A stretch of DNA of 64,000 nucleotides from assembly GCF_009914755.1 (NCBI RefSeq), contig NC_060937.1; one strand, 5' to 3'. The notes under the pieces are model-generated. The model did no database searches and was not told the origin of the DNA. It was given only the letters and a program-made list of their open reading frames with translations. A program made the translations under genes and the position numbers. The stretch is from the human T2T-CHM13v2.0 reference genome, Homo sapiens. How positions within the stretch are numbered: position 1 is the first letter of the stretch; each line of letters opens with the position of its first letter. Below, in pieces: positions 23,901 to 38,222 of the stretch.

Positions 23901-24515
23901 GTTTTGTTTTCATTTTTCTTCCTCTGTATGTTCCTACTTCTTCCGTGATTTCTTCCTTTACTTAATTTATACAATTTTGTAATTCTTTAAGTTGTAATTG
24001 TGTAGTTGTTTAATTTATACAATTTTGTAAACTTTCTAGCATTTCATCTGTTATTGATTTAATTTGAGATCTACTATACAGCCCATCCTGGAGAATTCCC
24101 CATGTGCATTTGAGAAGAGTGTGTACTCTGTTTTGTTGGATGGAGTATATTGTATATATCTGTTAGATCAATTTAGTTCATTGAGTTAGTCAAGTCCTCT
24201 ATTTCCTAATTTGTCATTCATCTCATTTTTCTATTCATTACTCAGAGTGGAGTATTAACATCTTCAACTATTATTTTAGAACTGTCTATTTGTCCCTTTA
24301 ATTCTGTCAACTTAGTCTTTCTATATCTAAATGTTTTATTATTAGGTATGTAAGTGTTTAAACTATTTCTATCTTCTTGCCAAATGCACGTTCTATGATT
24401 ATATAATGTCTTATTGTCTCTTGTAACTTTTTAAGTCTATTTTGTCTGCTATTAATATAGTCATCCCCAGTCTCTTTTTCCTACTATTGGTATAAAATAA
24501 TTATTTTCTTCCCTT
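20985..24515 (-). mobile_element. Old L1M (L1MA/MB-type) 3'UTR and ORF2 fragments
   Basis: T-rich minus-strand LINE hallmarks (CTCATAAGTGGAATGATACAGTATTTGTCC, CCAACAACAGTGTACAAGGG, GTCTGGCTTTGGTATGAG, CCATGTGCATTTGAGAAGAG). Confidence 0.8.
22962..23061 (-). pseudogene. Y3 RNA retropseudogene (RNY3-derived)
   Basis: Minus strand GGCTGGTTTCAGTGCAATGGTGTTTACAACTAATTGATCACAACCAG...CACTTAGCTAGCCTTT matches hY3 over its full length. TSD ATATGCTAAAACTT / ATACGCTAAATCTT at 22940-22953 and 23062-23075. Confidence 0.92.
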
Positions 24516-27500
24516 TTTTATAACCCTGAATTGCTGTGGAAAGCTAACAGTAGCATTACTTAATTTAAAAAGCACAGAAATCTTAAATCAATAGCTTAAT
24601 GTTTGTAAAAGCATTTAAATGGAAATAAGCTACCAGTTCACCAGGAACAAAGGATATCAGTTGGGTCTAAGAATAATCATGCCAAAAAGCTCTAGGAGGA
24701 AAAGCTCCTGGGAATTAGGACTGTGATAATGGTCTTTGAGATCAACAAAGAAATGGGGAAATGGGGATGCTCAGGGTCAGGTACATGCTTAGCAAAAGAC
24801 CCAGAAAACCCTAAGCTGTCACCTGTGTACTTTAAACTCTGCACAAGTAGAAAATAGAGGCACAAGGAGAGTTGTAACTTTATGCTGATTAGTAAAAGCA
24901 TGCTCCAACACACATACATAGATCCCAGGTGAAAAAAAATCAGATATTTATTTTTAGTGAAGGTTAAAAAATCTGGAGTCTTACTTTCCAATTAAGGATT
25001 AGTGAAAATATTTGGGGAGATTTGCATTGATCAGTTCATCCTGAGGTCAAGAAAATCTTGATTTTAAAATTTGGAGCCTCCAGTAAAGGATTAGCTTCCA
25101 CCTAGAGGTGTTCTTTGGCCTTTTGGACTCAGAGCTATCTTGACACTACTACTGGTTACACTGATTTGAAAGTCAGCTAAGAGCTTGCTACAGAACTCCT
25201 GACAAACTAAGTTTGACCTATAGAGGGCTAGGGCATCCCCAGCTGGTTGAAATTTTGTGCCTCCTTCTATCCTCTGAAGCAAAGCTGCTGTCTCTGTGGG
25301 GCCCCCAATTTACTGAGTGTTTCCTATATGACTGGTCCTGGTTCATAGATGAGTCAGGGAAGGTGAAACCTCATGATGTCCACTGGGCCGCTGTGGCTGT
25401 TTAACCTGTGCCAGCCATACAGAACCTGACATGAGTGGTTGCTCCTCTCAAAGGTCAGAACTCAGGGTTTGGGATAATGGCACATATTCTATCTGTTTGG
25501 TTATCTACAATGGAAAGTGTAGACTGTCTGAATATCTTTTGGGCTGCAAACCGGAAACAACCCCAGATGCTGATCTAACTGGGTCACTCATCTAGAAGTC
25601 CATGGTAAGTGTTTTCCAGAGAGTGACCACAATCAAGCTGCAGATTGAACCTAAATCTGTGTCCAACCCAGAGTCTAATACTGCAAACCAGACTTGGGGT
25701 TGCTGGTGAAAGTTGACCTATCTGTCTCATGGTTGAAGAATTCCTAGACCATACCTAGCAGAGTAACCAGAAGTGGACTTTTAGCCCACTTCTTGAGATA
25801 TCAGTCACCACTGTTGACTTCTTCAGCATAACAGTCATCTGACTCCAGCCATACCATGTGTCCCTTGAAGCTAATCTGTGCCACCTTTTAGGCTTTTGAG
25901 GCCAATTGAGCTCTGACTTCGTGGCATTTTTCACCACATCGACTAAAATGGGCCAACTCTACGATGTTCCCTCCTTTTCCACACATGTTGGTTAGATAAT
26001 TCGTTGATTAGGTATGCTTTTCTCTGAAAGGGGATTATCTCTTCCAGATTGCCTCCAAGATAAGGATGAAATGTTTGGGGGATCTAGGAATCTATTTCAC
26101 AAATTTGGAATTTCGTGCTAATAATTCCTGGGTGAAATGTCTTTCTTTCCCATACCTGCAATTCTAGACCAGCCTGGCTTTTGTATCCTCTGAGTTGCAT
26201 CCCAGCCTAGCAGCAGTTATGGGACTCCAACTTAGTTCTGGTTAAGTTTTATGTAAATATTCTTGTATCTGTTTTACCTGGCTCTACTACACAAAATGTC
26301 TAGAAAAAAGTAAAGGGCGACTAGAATAAAGGTGAGATTATAGATATCGGAATGAGACACACTGATTCTGTGGAGATAGAGGGAGAACAACAACCTGGAA
26401 CGTGGGAAATGAACAACTTAGACCTCGGAAGCTACGGGGAATGGTGGGACATTAACAACTTTTTTTCTTTCTGAATAACCCCTGGTGCAGCCCACAAAAG
26501 AGTCTGGAAATACTATTAGAACAGACGGTAAGACAGAGGCTGTGGATTCAGCTCCTTTTGGTCTCCACGTTACTCTTAAGAATCCTTTGAGACTATTCTA
26601 TCTCTCTGTGATGTAGGCATGGAACTCTAGTGGGCAGTGTGCACTCTCGGTGCCCATGGTTCAACGCCACAGTTTTTCAGATGATGGACAACCATTGCTT
26701 TTTCCTGAAGAGACTTAGTACCCTGTGGCTGAGCTTAAGCGGGACTCTAGGAATTACTGATTGCATTTTCTTCTTCTTCTGTGAACTGCGATTTCTCCTT
26801 CTGTTTTTCTACTACCTAGAGATTAATCTGTATTTGTCAATATTTAGGTAAATCAGAGACATAAAGCAGATAAGGAACCCTAGACACAGCTTCTAGCATA
26901 GCTGGACTCTTGCCTGTTTCTCTTCCCACTTTATGAGATCAATTATATTGGCACAGAGAGATAGCCTTAGATGGGTCTCTCAGGATCAATTAGAGAAGCA
27001 TACTTCTAGAGAAGCTGGTAGAACAGGGCAGGAGGGCCAGTGAGGATCAAAGCTTCTATCCAAATGTTTTAGCCTAGCTGTGTGTGGCAGACGAATCCAG
27101 GAAAGCTCCCAGATCCCTGGAAGGGATTATTAAGAGAGGATCCATTAGATTAGAATGCTAGGTTGGGTGTTCATCTATCACCTTCTGAGTCAGATTTCCA
27201 GGGTTAAGTCTGTGGTAGGGCTGCAGAGAAATGCTCGCCTGGGAAAGCCTCTGATCAAGTGCAACATAGGTGACTCCCGCACAGGGAGAAGTCCTCTATT
27301 TGAGGAACATCATATGTGTTTGGATGTATCTGTGCTCTTCCTCAGCAGAGGACCATTGACTGAATGACTGTTTGACAATTACGCATAAAGAGCCCTATAT
27401 TATTTTGAATTTAGTAAATATTGGAACAGAAACAAACAATATTATCTACTTTCAAATTGAATAACAGCATGAGCAACTTCCAGGTAAATGTCACAGGAGG

Positions 27501-27737
27501 AAACTCTGGGGCCTTGCTCATCACCAGAAACCTTGAAAATCCTGATGCAACCTGTAGGGTTAACCTTATCAACACTTAGTTTTTTACCATATAGATTTAT
27601 CTTCATAAAAAATATTTTCTTTGGACCTTTATTTTGTTATATGCCATGAAGAATAAATCATTTATTTCCTTTGCGATAAGAACATCACATTTTTACACCT
27701 CAAGTATTAATGATGCCATCCCCCATGTAGTTTTTGT

Positions 27738-28064
27738 TGTGATGGCCTGAATGTTTATGTCCCTTTGCAAATTCCTATGTGGATAATTTTAGGCGTGTGG
27801 CCTTTGGGGAAGTGGTGAGGCCAAGAGTTCTTCATCTTCATGAATGGAATCAGTGCTCTTTCAAGGGAAGTTGAAGGCAATGCCCTTGTCCCGTGTGCAA
27901 GATGGTACCATCTATGGGGAACAGGGCTCTCAACATATACTAAATTTTCTGCTGCCTTGATCTTGCACTTTCCAGACTCCATAACTGTGAAAAATACATT
28001 TCTGTTGTTTATCCTTTACCCAGTCTGAGGTATTTTGTTATAGCAGCCTGGATGCACTATGACA
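27738..28064 (+). mobile_element. MaLR LTR (MLT1A-like)
   Basis: TGTGATGGCCTGAATGTTTATGTCCC start and CCCAGTCTGAGGTATTTTGTTATAGCAGC end. Confidence 0.8.
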
Positions 28065-28469
28065 CTTTCTTAGGCACTTTGGTCTATTTCTGAATTTTTA
28101 GTTTCAGTGACATATGAGTTTTTAATCAATCAAGATTTTTCACAGAGCTTGCCAGTCTTGTTTTTTGCTTTTTTTTCAGAGTTTTCTTGTCTATTCTTAT
28201 GTGTGTTTTCATCTATATAATATTTTATAGTAACGTGTACTTCCAATATTTAATGGTATCTGTATAGGAACAAAATTGAATTTATAAATAAACTTAAGGA
28301 CAATTGATGTTGATAATATTGAGATTTGCTGCCTAAGAATATGATACAAATTGTCTATTTGCTTATGTCTACATTCATATATTTCATAAACTTTCTATGT
28401 TTTTCTCATATTCTGTACACATTTTTGTAATGTTTATTCCTAGTTTATTTTATTCTGCTAAAAAGTAAT

Positions 28470-28875
28470 TTGAGACACAATGAAATTGCCAAGTGTCTAT
28501 TTGAGTAAGAGCAATTGATAAATTATAAAATATCAGACCAAAAGTTATTTAGTGCTTCTCTGACAGAGTAAGAAGCAAGTATTTATTGAAAAAATGTAGA
28601 AACAAAAAAATCATTTGATTGGTGGTAGCACAACTTTTTTATTGTTTTTTGTTCGTCTGTTTATCTTGTTGGACAGTTTCTATTTATATAAGGATGTTGG
28701 CTACTCCTGATTGGTTGAGCTTCATTTCTCTTTTTTAAATAGGCAGCTACAAGAAATATTTAAGTTTTGCTTGTATTTGCAAATCAAGCAAGGTTGAGAT
28801 CACTTATGAGACCTAACTAATTTCGTCTGCTCAGAGATTATTGAGACGTGATCTCCATTTTAATTTATTTTAACA
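28470..28875 (-). mobile_element. Diverged ERV1 LTR (MER31/MER67-like)
   Basis: CTGATTGGTT motifs and a ...ATTTTAACA terminus typical of MER4-group LTRs; heavily diverged. Confidence 0.4.
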
Positions 28876-31070
28876 AATTTTCTGTACTTTTAATTCCCAT
28901 CCAAACTGTAACTTATAAATTATTATTGTTGTACATATATAGGCCCATGTTGTGTATGCTTTGAAGACATGTCCTGCTTTCAAACTCATTTGTATTATGT
29001 TATTATTGAATTTGCCCCATTTATTGGAATTATATACTGCAATCTCCCAACTACAAGAGGTATGAGTTCTGAGGAGATCACAGTAAAGATGAGTCAGAAG
29101 TGAAAACGGTTCTCCAACTCACACATGCAGTAAAAACAAATTTCACGTGGATATAATGAGTAATTATTTAAAATTTAAAATACCCTGAAAACATTAACGT
29201 TTATCTCATTACTATGTAATATGGAAATTACAAGACAAAAAAACCCAAAGACTTATTTTTAAAATAGAAATGGAGCTTTTTATATGATGAAATGGTCCAT
29301 AATTTAAATGTAAAAAGTGAATAGGAAATACATGAAATAAAATAAAATTATTTGTAAAAGTGACAATGCCCGTATTAGATTTAACAATATCTTACAATGA
29401 AATAAGTTGAAACCTACAAAATAGAAGAAAGTTTAAAATTAGGCAAATATTATGAGCCAGGTGAAGAATAAATACATATATCAATAAGCATTTAATGTAT
29501 TTTGTCTTAGATTTTATATGAAATAATAAAAAGTAAGCAAACCAATAGCAAGGTAATTTCACCCTGATTGATTCAAACTGAAAAAATATTAACATTTCTC
29601 CATTGGAAGTTGGATTCATGGATTGGCCTCATGCTGCATTCAAGGCACTTTAGCCAGGACCCAACACTCATTGCCAAGAGTCATCAGGCTAGAAGTTTGC
29701 TTTTAAGATGTTCCCCGGCCTGCGACCAAGACACTTTGTCTTGACTACTTCTTCAACTCTGACATAGGTTTTGCTGATATAAATGAAAACCCAGCTCTAT
29801 ACCTACCAAGCATCTACATGGCTAGAGCTGCACATTGAATATTTAGGCACTAGGCAAGAGGTCTTCCCAGGTTTCCAAGCAGACTTTCTAGAATTTCCCA
29901 AAAATACTGACATTGTCTTTTTCAGACCCAATCTCCCAAAGAGAATCAGAGAGATGGTCTGGAAGCCATTTAGAATCTCCAGCCTCCAATTTAGTAACAA
30001 TGGACTTGGATACAAAGAGGCAACCTACTGACCTCAAAGACACCAGCCCAGATTCTGGGCATTGAATTCCTGCCTCCCCATGAAAGATCTCATCTGAGTC
30101 ACATCAAAGCCCACACTCTTCTTCAACGTTCACCTTCCAGACACGCTCCAAAACAGCCCCTCAGAATTGTCTTGAGATGAAACAAAAGGTGATGAAGCTC
30201 CAGGTTTGGAATGCCTGCCTCATTCCTCACTCCTGAAAAGTCTACACCTGCTGGTTAGAACTCTCATACCTTAGGGAGCCCGGGCTCTCAGAGTGCATCC
30301 TCTAACAGGACCTCCTGGCCTTTTCCTCCTTGGAGGAGAGTGCCCAAGAATAAGAGGGAATACATGGCCTCCACTCTCACTTGACTTGATTGACTGATTA
30401 ACTGATGTCTGAGGAGGAAACATATGTAGGGAACAGCCTGGGTCTTTTGAATCCCTGTTCCCCAGCTATGATGCCTGTGCAAATGGAGGGAGAATCCCAA
30501 AGTATTGTTGGGAGGTAGACAGACACTGGCTAACACAATTAAGTAAATATAAGGTGACTTGAAGGGAAATTTATCATATGTCATATACAAAATTTTAGTT
30601 AGTGAACTTTATTTAAAAACAGTCACAATTTGTAAGGGGAGTAAAGTATAATTTTAATGGGGAACTATGAAAATTATCTGCACTTGCTATGTAAATGATT
30701 GAGTTAGGGGTAACAATCTGAAGGTCATGAGCTTGATATCTGCTACTTAATTTCATAAGACATTTACTTGCAAATGGTTGTCATTTTTGCTCTCACCATA
30801 TGAAAATTTTTTCTTGCTAAGAGCATTCCTATGAAAGAAAAACTAGAAATTTTGCCAATTTCGGTTATTAAAACAATAAAACTGGTTTGTTTGTTATTCT
30901 TAACCAAATGCTCCTACAGATGGCACATAGTACCCATGCTTTGATTGTTTTTTTCCCACCTTAAGTCAATTGCCTTTCATTTTATTCATCAAACTGTTTT
31001 TACTGTAGATAGACATTGCAGTTGTCATGTGCCCTATGGATTTGTACTTTATTAGAAATATGAATTCTCA

Positions 31071-31191
31071 GGCCGAGTATATTGGCTCACGCCTGTAATC
31101 CCAGCACTTTGCGAGGTGGAAGAGAGTGGATCACCTGAGGTCAGGAGTTCAAGAACAGCCTGACCAACATGGTAAAACCCCATCTCTCTAC
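31071..31191 (+). mobile_element. Alu left monomer only
   Basis: GGCCGAGT..CACGCCTGTAATCCCAGCAC..CATCTCTCTACTA, after which homology stops. Confidence 0.85.
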
Positions 31192-32061
31192 TATTTACAG
31201 TTCGCATTGTACCTTGCAATGAATATACATTTTATCCAAAAAGCCTAAAAAATAATGAAATTGGGGGTGGGGGCATGGCTGGAAGTATAGATAAAACAAA
31301 AATGACACATGACTAGCAGCTGTTAAAGCTGGGTGACTGGTCTGTTATACTTTTTTTGTATTGTGTATGTTTTTAGTGATCTGTAATAAAACACTTGTAC
31401 AAAATGACAAAGTTTATCTACACTTAGCTCTTAAGGTCTTGGTTACCTTTGGGAAGGGGAAAGTGTCAGGGGCATGAACAAATCTGATTCTTAGATACAC
31501 AAGTGTATTTATTTAGTAATAATTCATCAAACATTCCCTAAATGCTTTGTGCCTATATTGCTGTATGCATGTTATTTATCAATAAAAATGTAAAGAGTGC
31601 ATGTTTGCATAACAATCCTAAATTAATATTTTAGAATAATAGCAATGTTTTGTTTTGTTTTCAAGTGGGGCGTGTTCACTCAGGACATCATCAGGTGTAT
31701 GTTAATGTTCCAAGTTATTTATTTATGTTTTAACTTTTGGGTGAGCCCCCCTGGGTCTTTTAATTTTTACTTCAACACAGTAAGTAGCATGGTTTTAACT
31801 TTTTGGAATGCAGCTTTGTTTTCATCAAGGTTCTCCCCGAAGAATGATGCTCACCCAGGCCAGGGCACACAGTGACCCGTGCACAGGATGCACTGAGCAC
31901 ACACGGCACTGGGTGAACCAGGAACAGAAGGAGAAGCCAGCCCGGGTCTGCAAAATATACTTTGCAGGAAAAGCAGATAAAATGGAAAGGTCACAATTCA
32001 GCAGCAAACGTTTTCACATTCATTGGAGAAATCATTTCTAACAAAAGCTGCTCGTTAAAGC

Positions 32062-32239
32062 CATGGTTTTCTGGCTTGCCTACACATTGTAATCACCTGC
32101 ACGACTTTCAACCATATTTTTTTCAGATCCAGCTCCAAGGATTCTGATTTAGTTGTGCGGTTACAACTTGGGTTTAAGGGATTTTGAAAGTTTTCCTCCT
32201 CGCAGGTGATTCTCTTGCGCCAGGGGTAAGAAGCACTGG
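32062..32239. mobile_element. MER5A-like hAT-Charlie element
   Basis: AATCACCTG ... GATTCTGATTTAGTTG ... CAGGTGATTCT ... GAAGCACTG inverted architecture. Confidence 0.65.
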
Positions 32240-32425
32240 ATAGGGGTGAGGGATGCTTTAGCTGTGAGAGATAGCCATGTACGCTTCAGGATTTGCCCCA
32301 TCGCATATCTGGAGTTCGGGGTCTTAGAAAGCTTTCTTGCCCTGTTAAAAATTAAAGGATGGCTTCAATACATACTTAGCTGCTTGGCTACATTGCAGAA
32401 AAACAAATTGCCTTTCCAGAGATCA

Positions 32426-32585
32426 GTTTTTTGAGACAGAGTTTTGCTCTGTCAGCCAGGCTGGAGTGCAGTTGTGTGATCATGGTTCATTGCAGCCTTG
32501 ACCTCCCAGGCTCAGGTGATCCTCCAGCTCCAGCCTTCTGAGTAGCTGGGACTGAAGTCATGCACCACCAGGCCTGGCTAATTTT

Positions 32586-32631
<46 letters not shown>

Positions 32632-32747
32632 TAGAGATGGCTTTCTCTATGCTGCCTGGGCTGGTCTCAAACTCCTGGTCTCAAGTGATCCTCCCACCTC
32701 AGTCTCCCTAATAGTTCGACCTACAGGCACAGGGAAGCATGCCCGGT
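32426..32747 (-). mobile_element. AluJ with T41 in the central linker
   Basis: AluJ-type sequence; pure T run at 32590-32630. Confidence 0.88.
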
Positions 32748-34981
32748 GTATTTATTAAAATGTAGTTACCAGAATATTTAAAATTCACTTGTGCCTCTCA
32801 TATTATTTCTTAGAGAATTGCCTCCCTTTTGAAATCTCAGGCTGCCTGCTCTAAAACCTGGATGTGCCAGGAAAGTAAAACATCTGAAATTTTAAAACAA
32901 TTGTCATTATATTGATTCCATATATGAATAACACATATATATTATTCATTAATACAAATAATCTTACATACAAATGTAAATGCAAATATTTTACAGGCAG
33001 GGCCAGTTTCTAGTTCACAGAGGAAGCCCTGCTAGAAAAGGATCCAGGAAAAACCTATAATTCTTGCTTTATTCAACCCAGTGTCAAATCACATATGTCA
33101 CTCATGGTCTGAGGCGGCAGGGTAGGGAATTGAACTACATCCAATCATGGGTCTTGGAGTGGAAACTATCTAATCAGGTGCACAGCTGGAGAAGAATGGG
33201 CAGCTTTTTGGAAGTACGGAGGCCTTGGCCTGTCTCTCCACTCAGAGCTCAGGACACTAGAGCCACCTCAACATAATCACCTGTTTTTTAGTTATTTTAA
33301 CACTCCAAAAGGGAACTAGTTTTCTCATGCATTTTCCAAATGTGTGGCAGGCAGAGACTCAAATCTAACTCCCTGTTGCCCCAGCCTAACTCTGGCTTGC
33401 AATCAGATTTTAAATTTCCAGTTCTTTCCTGACACTCACCAACACTAACTAACCTTCCATAATTCACAACATTATCAACTGTTCTTTATTGTACATTTCA
33501 GACACAGTATTTCAATTCTTCTTTTTGTCAAAAAGCAGTGGATGTCATTTAAAAAAATTTTTTCTCATTTGTAAACATTTTACAGGAGATGAAAGCAGAG
33601 AATAATCCCCTGACACCCCACTGTAAAAAAAATAAATAAAAAGCGGAAAACCTTTGTGCCCCTTTGTTTAAACTTCTCTTGGCACAGACACCCCATCAGA
33701 AAGCCTTTGGGTTCAGGTTTCATTTTGGAAACTTCACAGGGCAATACATCCTCAGCCATCCTGTTATTTTCTTGGTTTTGAATTTCAAAACTGTTTGAGG
33801 ATTCCCCAAGATGCCAACAGTGGCCATGACTCTTGAAGTGTCTAGTAAATAGCATCCCTTGTGTCATCTCCTCTCAGGGAACAGCCCAAGGTATGGGAAT
33901 GCAGCCTCTCTGTGGAGTGGTTGTTTGAGCTGTGCCTGGAAGGAATCTCTAGGTATACCCTTGCGCTAAAAGCAAACCCATTAGGTCATTAAGATTTTCT
34001 TACCCCAAAGCTTAGTTTCCATTCCTTAGAGACACATTGCAGGCCAGGCAAATGGATGCTGATATTGAGGAAAAAATGTTCTCAGATTGGTGAAGGGAGA
34101 GAAAATATTTCAAAGGACAAAGAAACCCAACCTAGTGAGGCAGTGCAAAAACCTGCAAAGTAAAATGCACCTCAGGGACACAGAGGAGCACAGGGTAGCG
34201 GCTCCTGGTAGGATGGTCATGACCCACTTCACTGAACCAGATGTGAGTGGGGAAAATATCCCAAGTAATAGAATGGCTTGACTTGACCCTTGGGTCTGAT
34301 ATGTCTGTGTTTCAATCGGCACTGTCACCTTCTAATTTTGTCACCTTGAAAATGTTTTTGTACTTACTTTAACTTCACTTTTTAATTAACTGTAAACTAT
34401 GTTTTATCAGTAGAGCTTGAAAGGCATGAAAATATTTATAAAGCACATTAAGTTGGTGAATTTTGAATAAAATTAAGTAGTAATATATTTCACTTGTTAA
34501 AAATTGTTACTTGCCTATTTCTTTAGCAGAATGAGTGTCGTACATTTCCCAGGACTGTTTTTTATTTGTCTGAGAGGTGATTTCAAGCAGAATCTCACGG
34601 CTTACTGTTGGGAATGTTACCAGGTGTATTGATAGGGATAGTCTCTCTTCCACTACGGTGGTAGGAAATGAATACATACCTACAAGCACGTGAGGTAGAT
34701 TAATTGTTAAATTACATAAATTTATCACATCAGTTATTCTTTTTTCAAAACAGAGAACTTCTGATAGTGAGTATCTCTGTTCCATATGCTGTCATCTGGG
34801 TGTTTGAGGGTAACGCTAAGTTTTAGGAGCTGGGACTTGGCACCGCCTGGAAGTGTTCACATATGATTGTTTACTAAATGATTTGTTATGAACATAATTA
34901 AATTACATGTTTATTTTCTGAAAGGGATAGATACTTTGGCTTTTCTTGTTGAGTTATAAAATGTAAGCCCCTTATAACTTT

Positions 34982-35289
<308 letters not shown>

Positions 35290-36269
35290 TAATTTCCTCT
35301 CTTTTAAACCTTAGATTTGAATGATTTTTGCTGGATTCTTCAAACATGAAGTATTTTTTAAATTGAAAACTAATTGAATGACTTTAACTGGTAAGTAGAA
35401 GTCTTAGACCGTTGACTAAAAGCTAAGGCTAACGTTGACCCTGCAAAAGGGGGCCACTGAAGGCCCAGTTGATTATTCCTGGGTGTCTGCCCTGCAGACA
35501 TCAAAGTCTGCTCACACCAACCATAGAAGGAGCCTTTGTCACTGTCAGAAGATACAGAGCTTTGGTAAGCTGGAAGTTGACAGGCAGATGCAGTTGGGGT
35601 TGAGATTGAAGAAAAGTTGGGATATTCTTTCTAGAATGGAGTTGTTATTGTCCTGAGACTGTTTATAGACTTTGTCTAAGAAGTTACTTAAGAAGTGTTG
35701 TAACAAGGAAAAAGTACAAATGATTAGATCTTTGAGGATCTCAAAGGTTAGGTGGAAAAGGGTTTTATTTCATAGGGAGGAGAAAATAAGTTTACAAAGA
35801 AGGTTGGAAAGGAAGCACAGGATGGAGGGTAGCAAAATCAGATCCCAGATAAGATAATGTTTCATCTTGAAGTCAGCCTGTTCTTAGGAGGGATATGTAT
35901 AAATATGGGTTGTAGGTTCTCTGAGGCTGTGGGTGAGTCAAAGTTCAGGGGCTGAGGGAAGAAGGGGAACAAGCAAAGTTTTGTTAACAAGTACTCTGTT
36001 TTGACCACTGAAGACTAAATTACAGAATGGTTGTTCATTTTTAAAAATAGGAATTTGTAATCTGTGTCCGTCTTTGTGATAGGTTAAAAAAAAGGGGGGG
36101 GGGGAACATCCACAAAGTCATAATGGGAAGCACGTTTCTCTTCACTAAGCTGTTCTTTGAGAACACAAAGAATGGGGGAATTTCTTTAAATATAGCTATT
36201 TCCAGGATTACCTTCACCCACAACTGTTCCTTTTCCTAGACATCTCTTTCATTTGTCAGTTTCTGAGTT

Positions 36270-36590
36270 GTATTTTTATAATAAAGTGGTAAATATAATT
36301 AGACTTATTTGTTGAGTTTTTTTGAGTAACTCTATCAAATTATTTAACTTGAAAAGGGGTTTATGGGAGTCTCAGATTTATAGGCAGTAGCTCAGAAGTA
36401 TAGATGGGCTTATGGGACATGTGACTAACCTCTGCAGTGAGAGGGGTGATGTGGGACTTAGCCCTGAATTTGTGGGATCTGTGCGAACTCTAAGTTGTGT
36501 CAGAATTAAATTTTGGGGCAAGAAATGGGTGTTGGAGAAGCAGTGGGTTTTCAGGGAACTTTACACATTTAGGATCAAAAGTGTTGTAAG
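36270..36590 (+). mobile_element. MER21/MER77-like LTR fragment
   Basis: TTTATAATAAAGTGGTAAA ... GTGGGACTTAGCCCT..TGTGGGATCTG..GTGTCAGAATTAAATT ... ACACATTT..AAGTG. Confidence 0.55.
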
Positions 36591-37422
36591 GAGAAAGACA
36601 ATGTGGGGGCCTTTGCTGGAGAGAGACTCCAGGTGTCTCGGGGAAGGTAGGCTCTGCTCTGCACACAGGCTGCTACGCCATGCACTGCCCTGTGGTTCCA
36701 GGCATCCTCCCATGGTAAGAAGGACCGACGACTCTGAGGGAAGAAGTTCTGAGAACAGATGCCTTCTACCCTCCTGCCAACCTGAGGCCACCACATGTTT
36801 TTCACCCACTGAACATACACACTGCATGTTGACGTGGTCAAGCCCCTCTCAGGACAAGGCTTTGGCATCAAGATTGTTGCCCATCCTACCTTTCCTCATA
36901 GACTTTCCCACCAAAAACCCACACACGTGCCTACAAGACCCCTGGCATATGTTCTACTTCAGACACCGAATCTGCAGTGGCAACCTGGTTTTTTCACCAT
37001 CGCAGATTTCTGTGCCACCTGATCATAATCTCGTCTTCCTGCATGAACATAGAAATAACTCAGAGAAAAGTTTCACCTGGGTCAGTGTCTGTAGCATGAA
37101 CCAGTCCTCCCACCAACACTGTACAGTCTCTCACTTCTGGTTTCTTAATAGCACCTTCCCCTCTTTTACCTTTTAGTTCACCTCAAACCCTTTCTTTTAT
37201 GTGCACACAGTGTGCCCAAGGCCACCCCTCAGTTGCCTGAATCCAGCACCTACCAAAATTCAGATGTCCAGTAGTTCAAGACCATGGGCCTAGACTAAGT
37301 TTTTGCAGAAGGCAATACAAATTAGAAATGAGAGGCTCTATTCTCCCATTTGAAAATAAAAAAAAGATTTTTTTCTTTTCCTTTTTCTTAAACAATGTAA
37401 TCTGGAAAACTTTAATTAGTAA

Positions 37423-38035
37423 TTTTTTGAGGCAGAATCTTACTCTTTTACTTAGCCTGAAGTGCAACGGCATAATCATAGCTCACGGTAACCTTAACCT
37501 CTTGGGTTTGAGCAGTCCTCCTGCATCAACCGCTTAATTACCTAGGACTATAGGCATGAACCACCATGCCTGGCTAGCTTTATTTATTTTTGTTTTTATT
37601 TTTTTTCAAGACAGTGTCTTGCTCTGTGGGCTAGGCTGGAGTGTAGTGCCATGATCTTGTCTCAATGCAACCTCCACCTCCCAGATTCAAGCAATTCTCC
37701 TGTCTCAGCCTTTTGAGTAGCTGGGATTACAGGCGCACACCACCATGTCTGGCTAATTTTTTGTTATTATTATTTTTAGTAGAGAATGGGTTTTACCATT
37801 TTGGCCAGGCTGGTCTCCACCCCCTGACCTCATTATCCACCTGCCTCAGACTCCCAAAGTGCTGGGATTACAGGTGTGAGCCAACATGCCCAGCCATATT
37901 TATTTTATTTTTTTGTAGTGACAGAATTTCACCATATTGCCTGTACTGGACTCAAACATTTGGCTTGAAGGTATCCTCATGCCTTGGCCTCCCCAAATGT
38001 TCAGATTACAGGCATGAACCACCATGAGTGGCCTG
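37423..38035 (-). mobile_element. AluJ interrupted in its linker by an AluS (37577-37895)
   Basis: Right arm 37423-37576, complete Alu 37577-37895, left arm 37896-38035. Confidence 0.85.
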
Positions 38036-38222
38036 GAACACTTTTACATGTACCTTTTTTTCTCTGCTTCTTTGAAATATAAGCAAATCATTTTAACAGC
38101 TAAATAAGCCTTCTGTCATTCTTCATGACAGAGAATTGTCTTTATCTAAGACCTGGAAACTATTGCTTTGTTTTTTAATTTGGCAAAGATTTATTTATTT
38201 TTTATTTTCAGTCCTTTGAAGT

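Noticed and set aside
31949-31968. Palindrome CTGCAAA-ATATAC-TTTGCAG
   Set aside because: A 7-bp arm inverted repeat is expected by chance in 64 kb.
36412-37176. Longest ORF in the window (254 aa)
   Set aside because: Begins in a MER21-like LTR fragment, has no recognisable domain and its composition is typical of chance ORFs.
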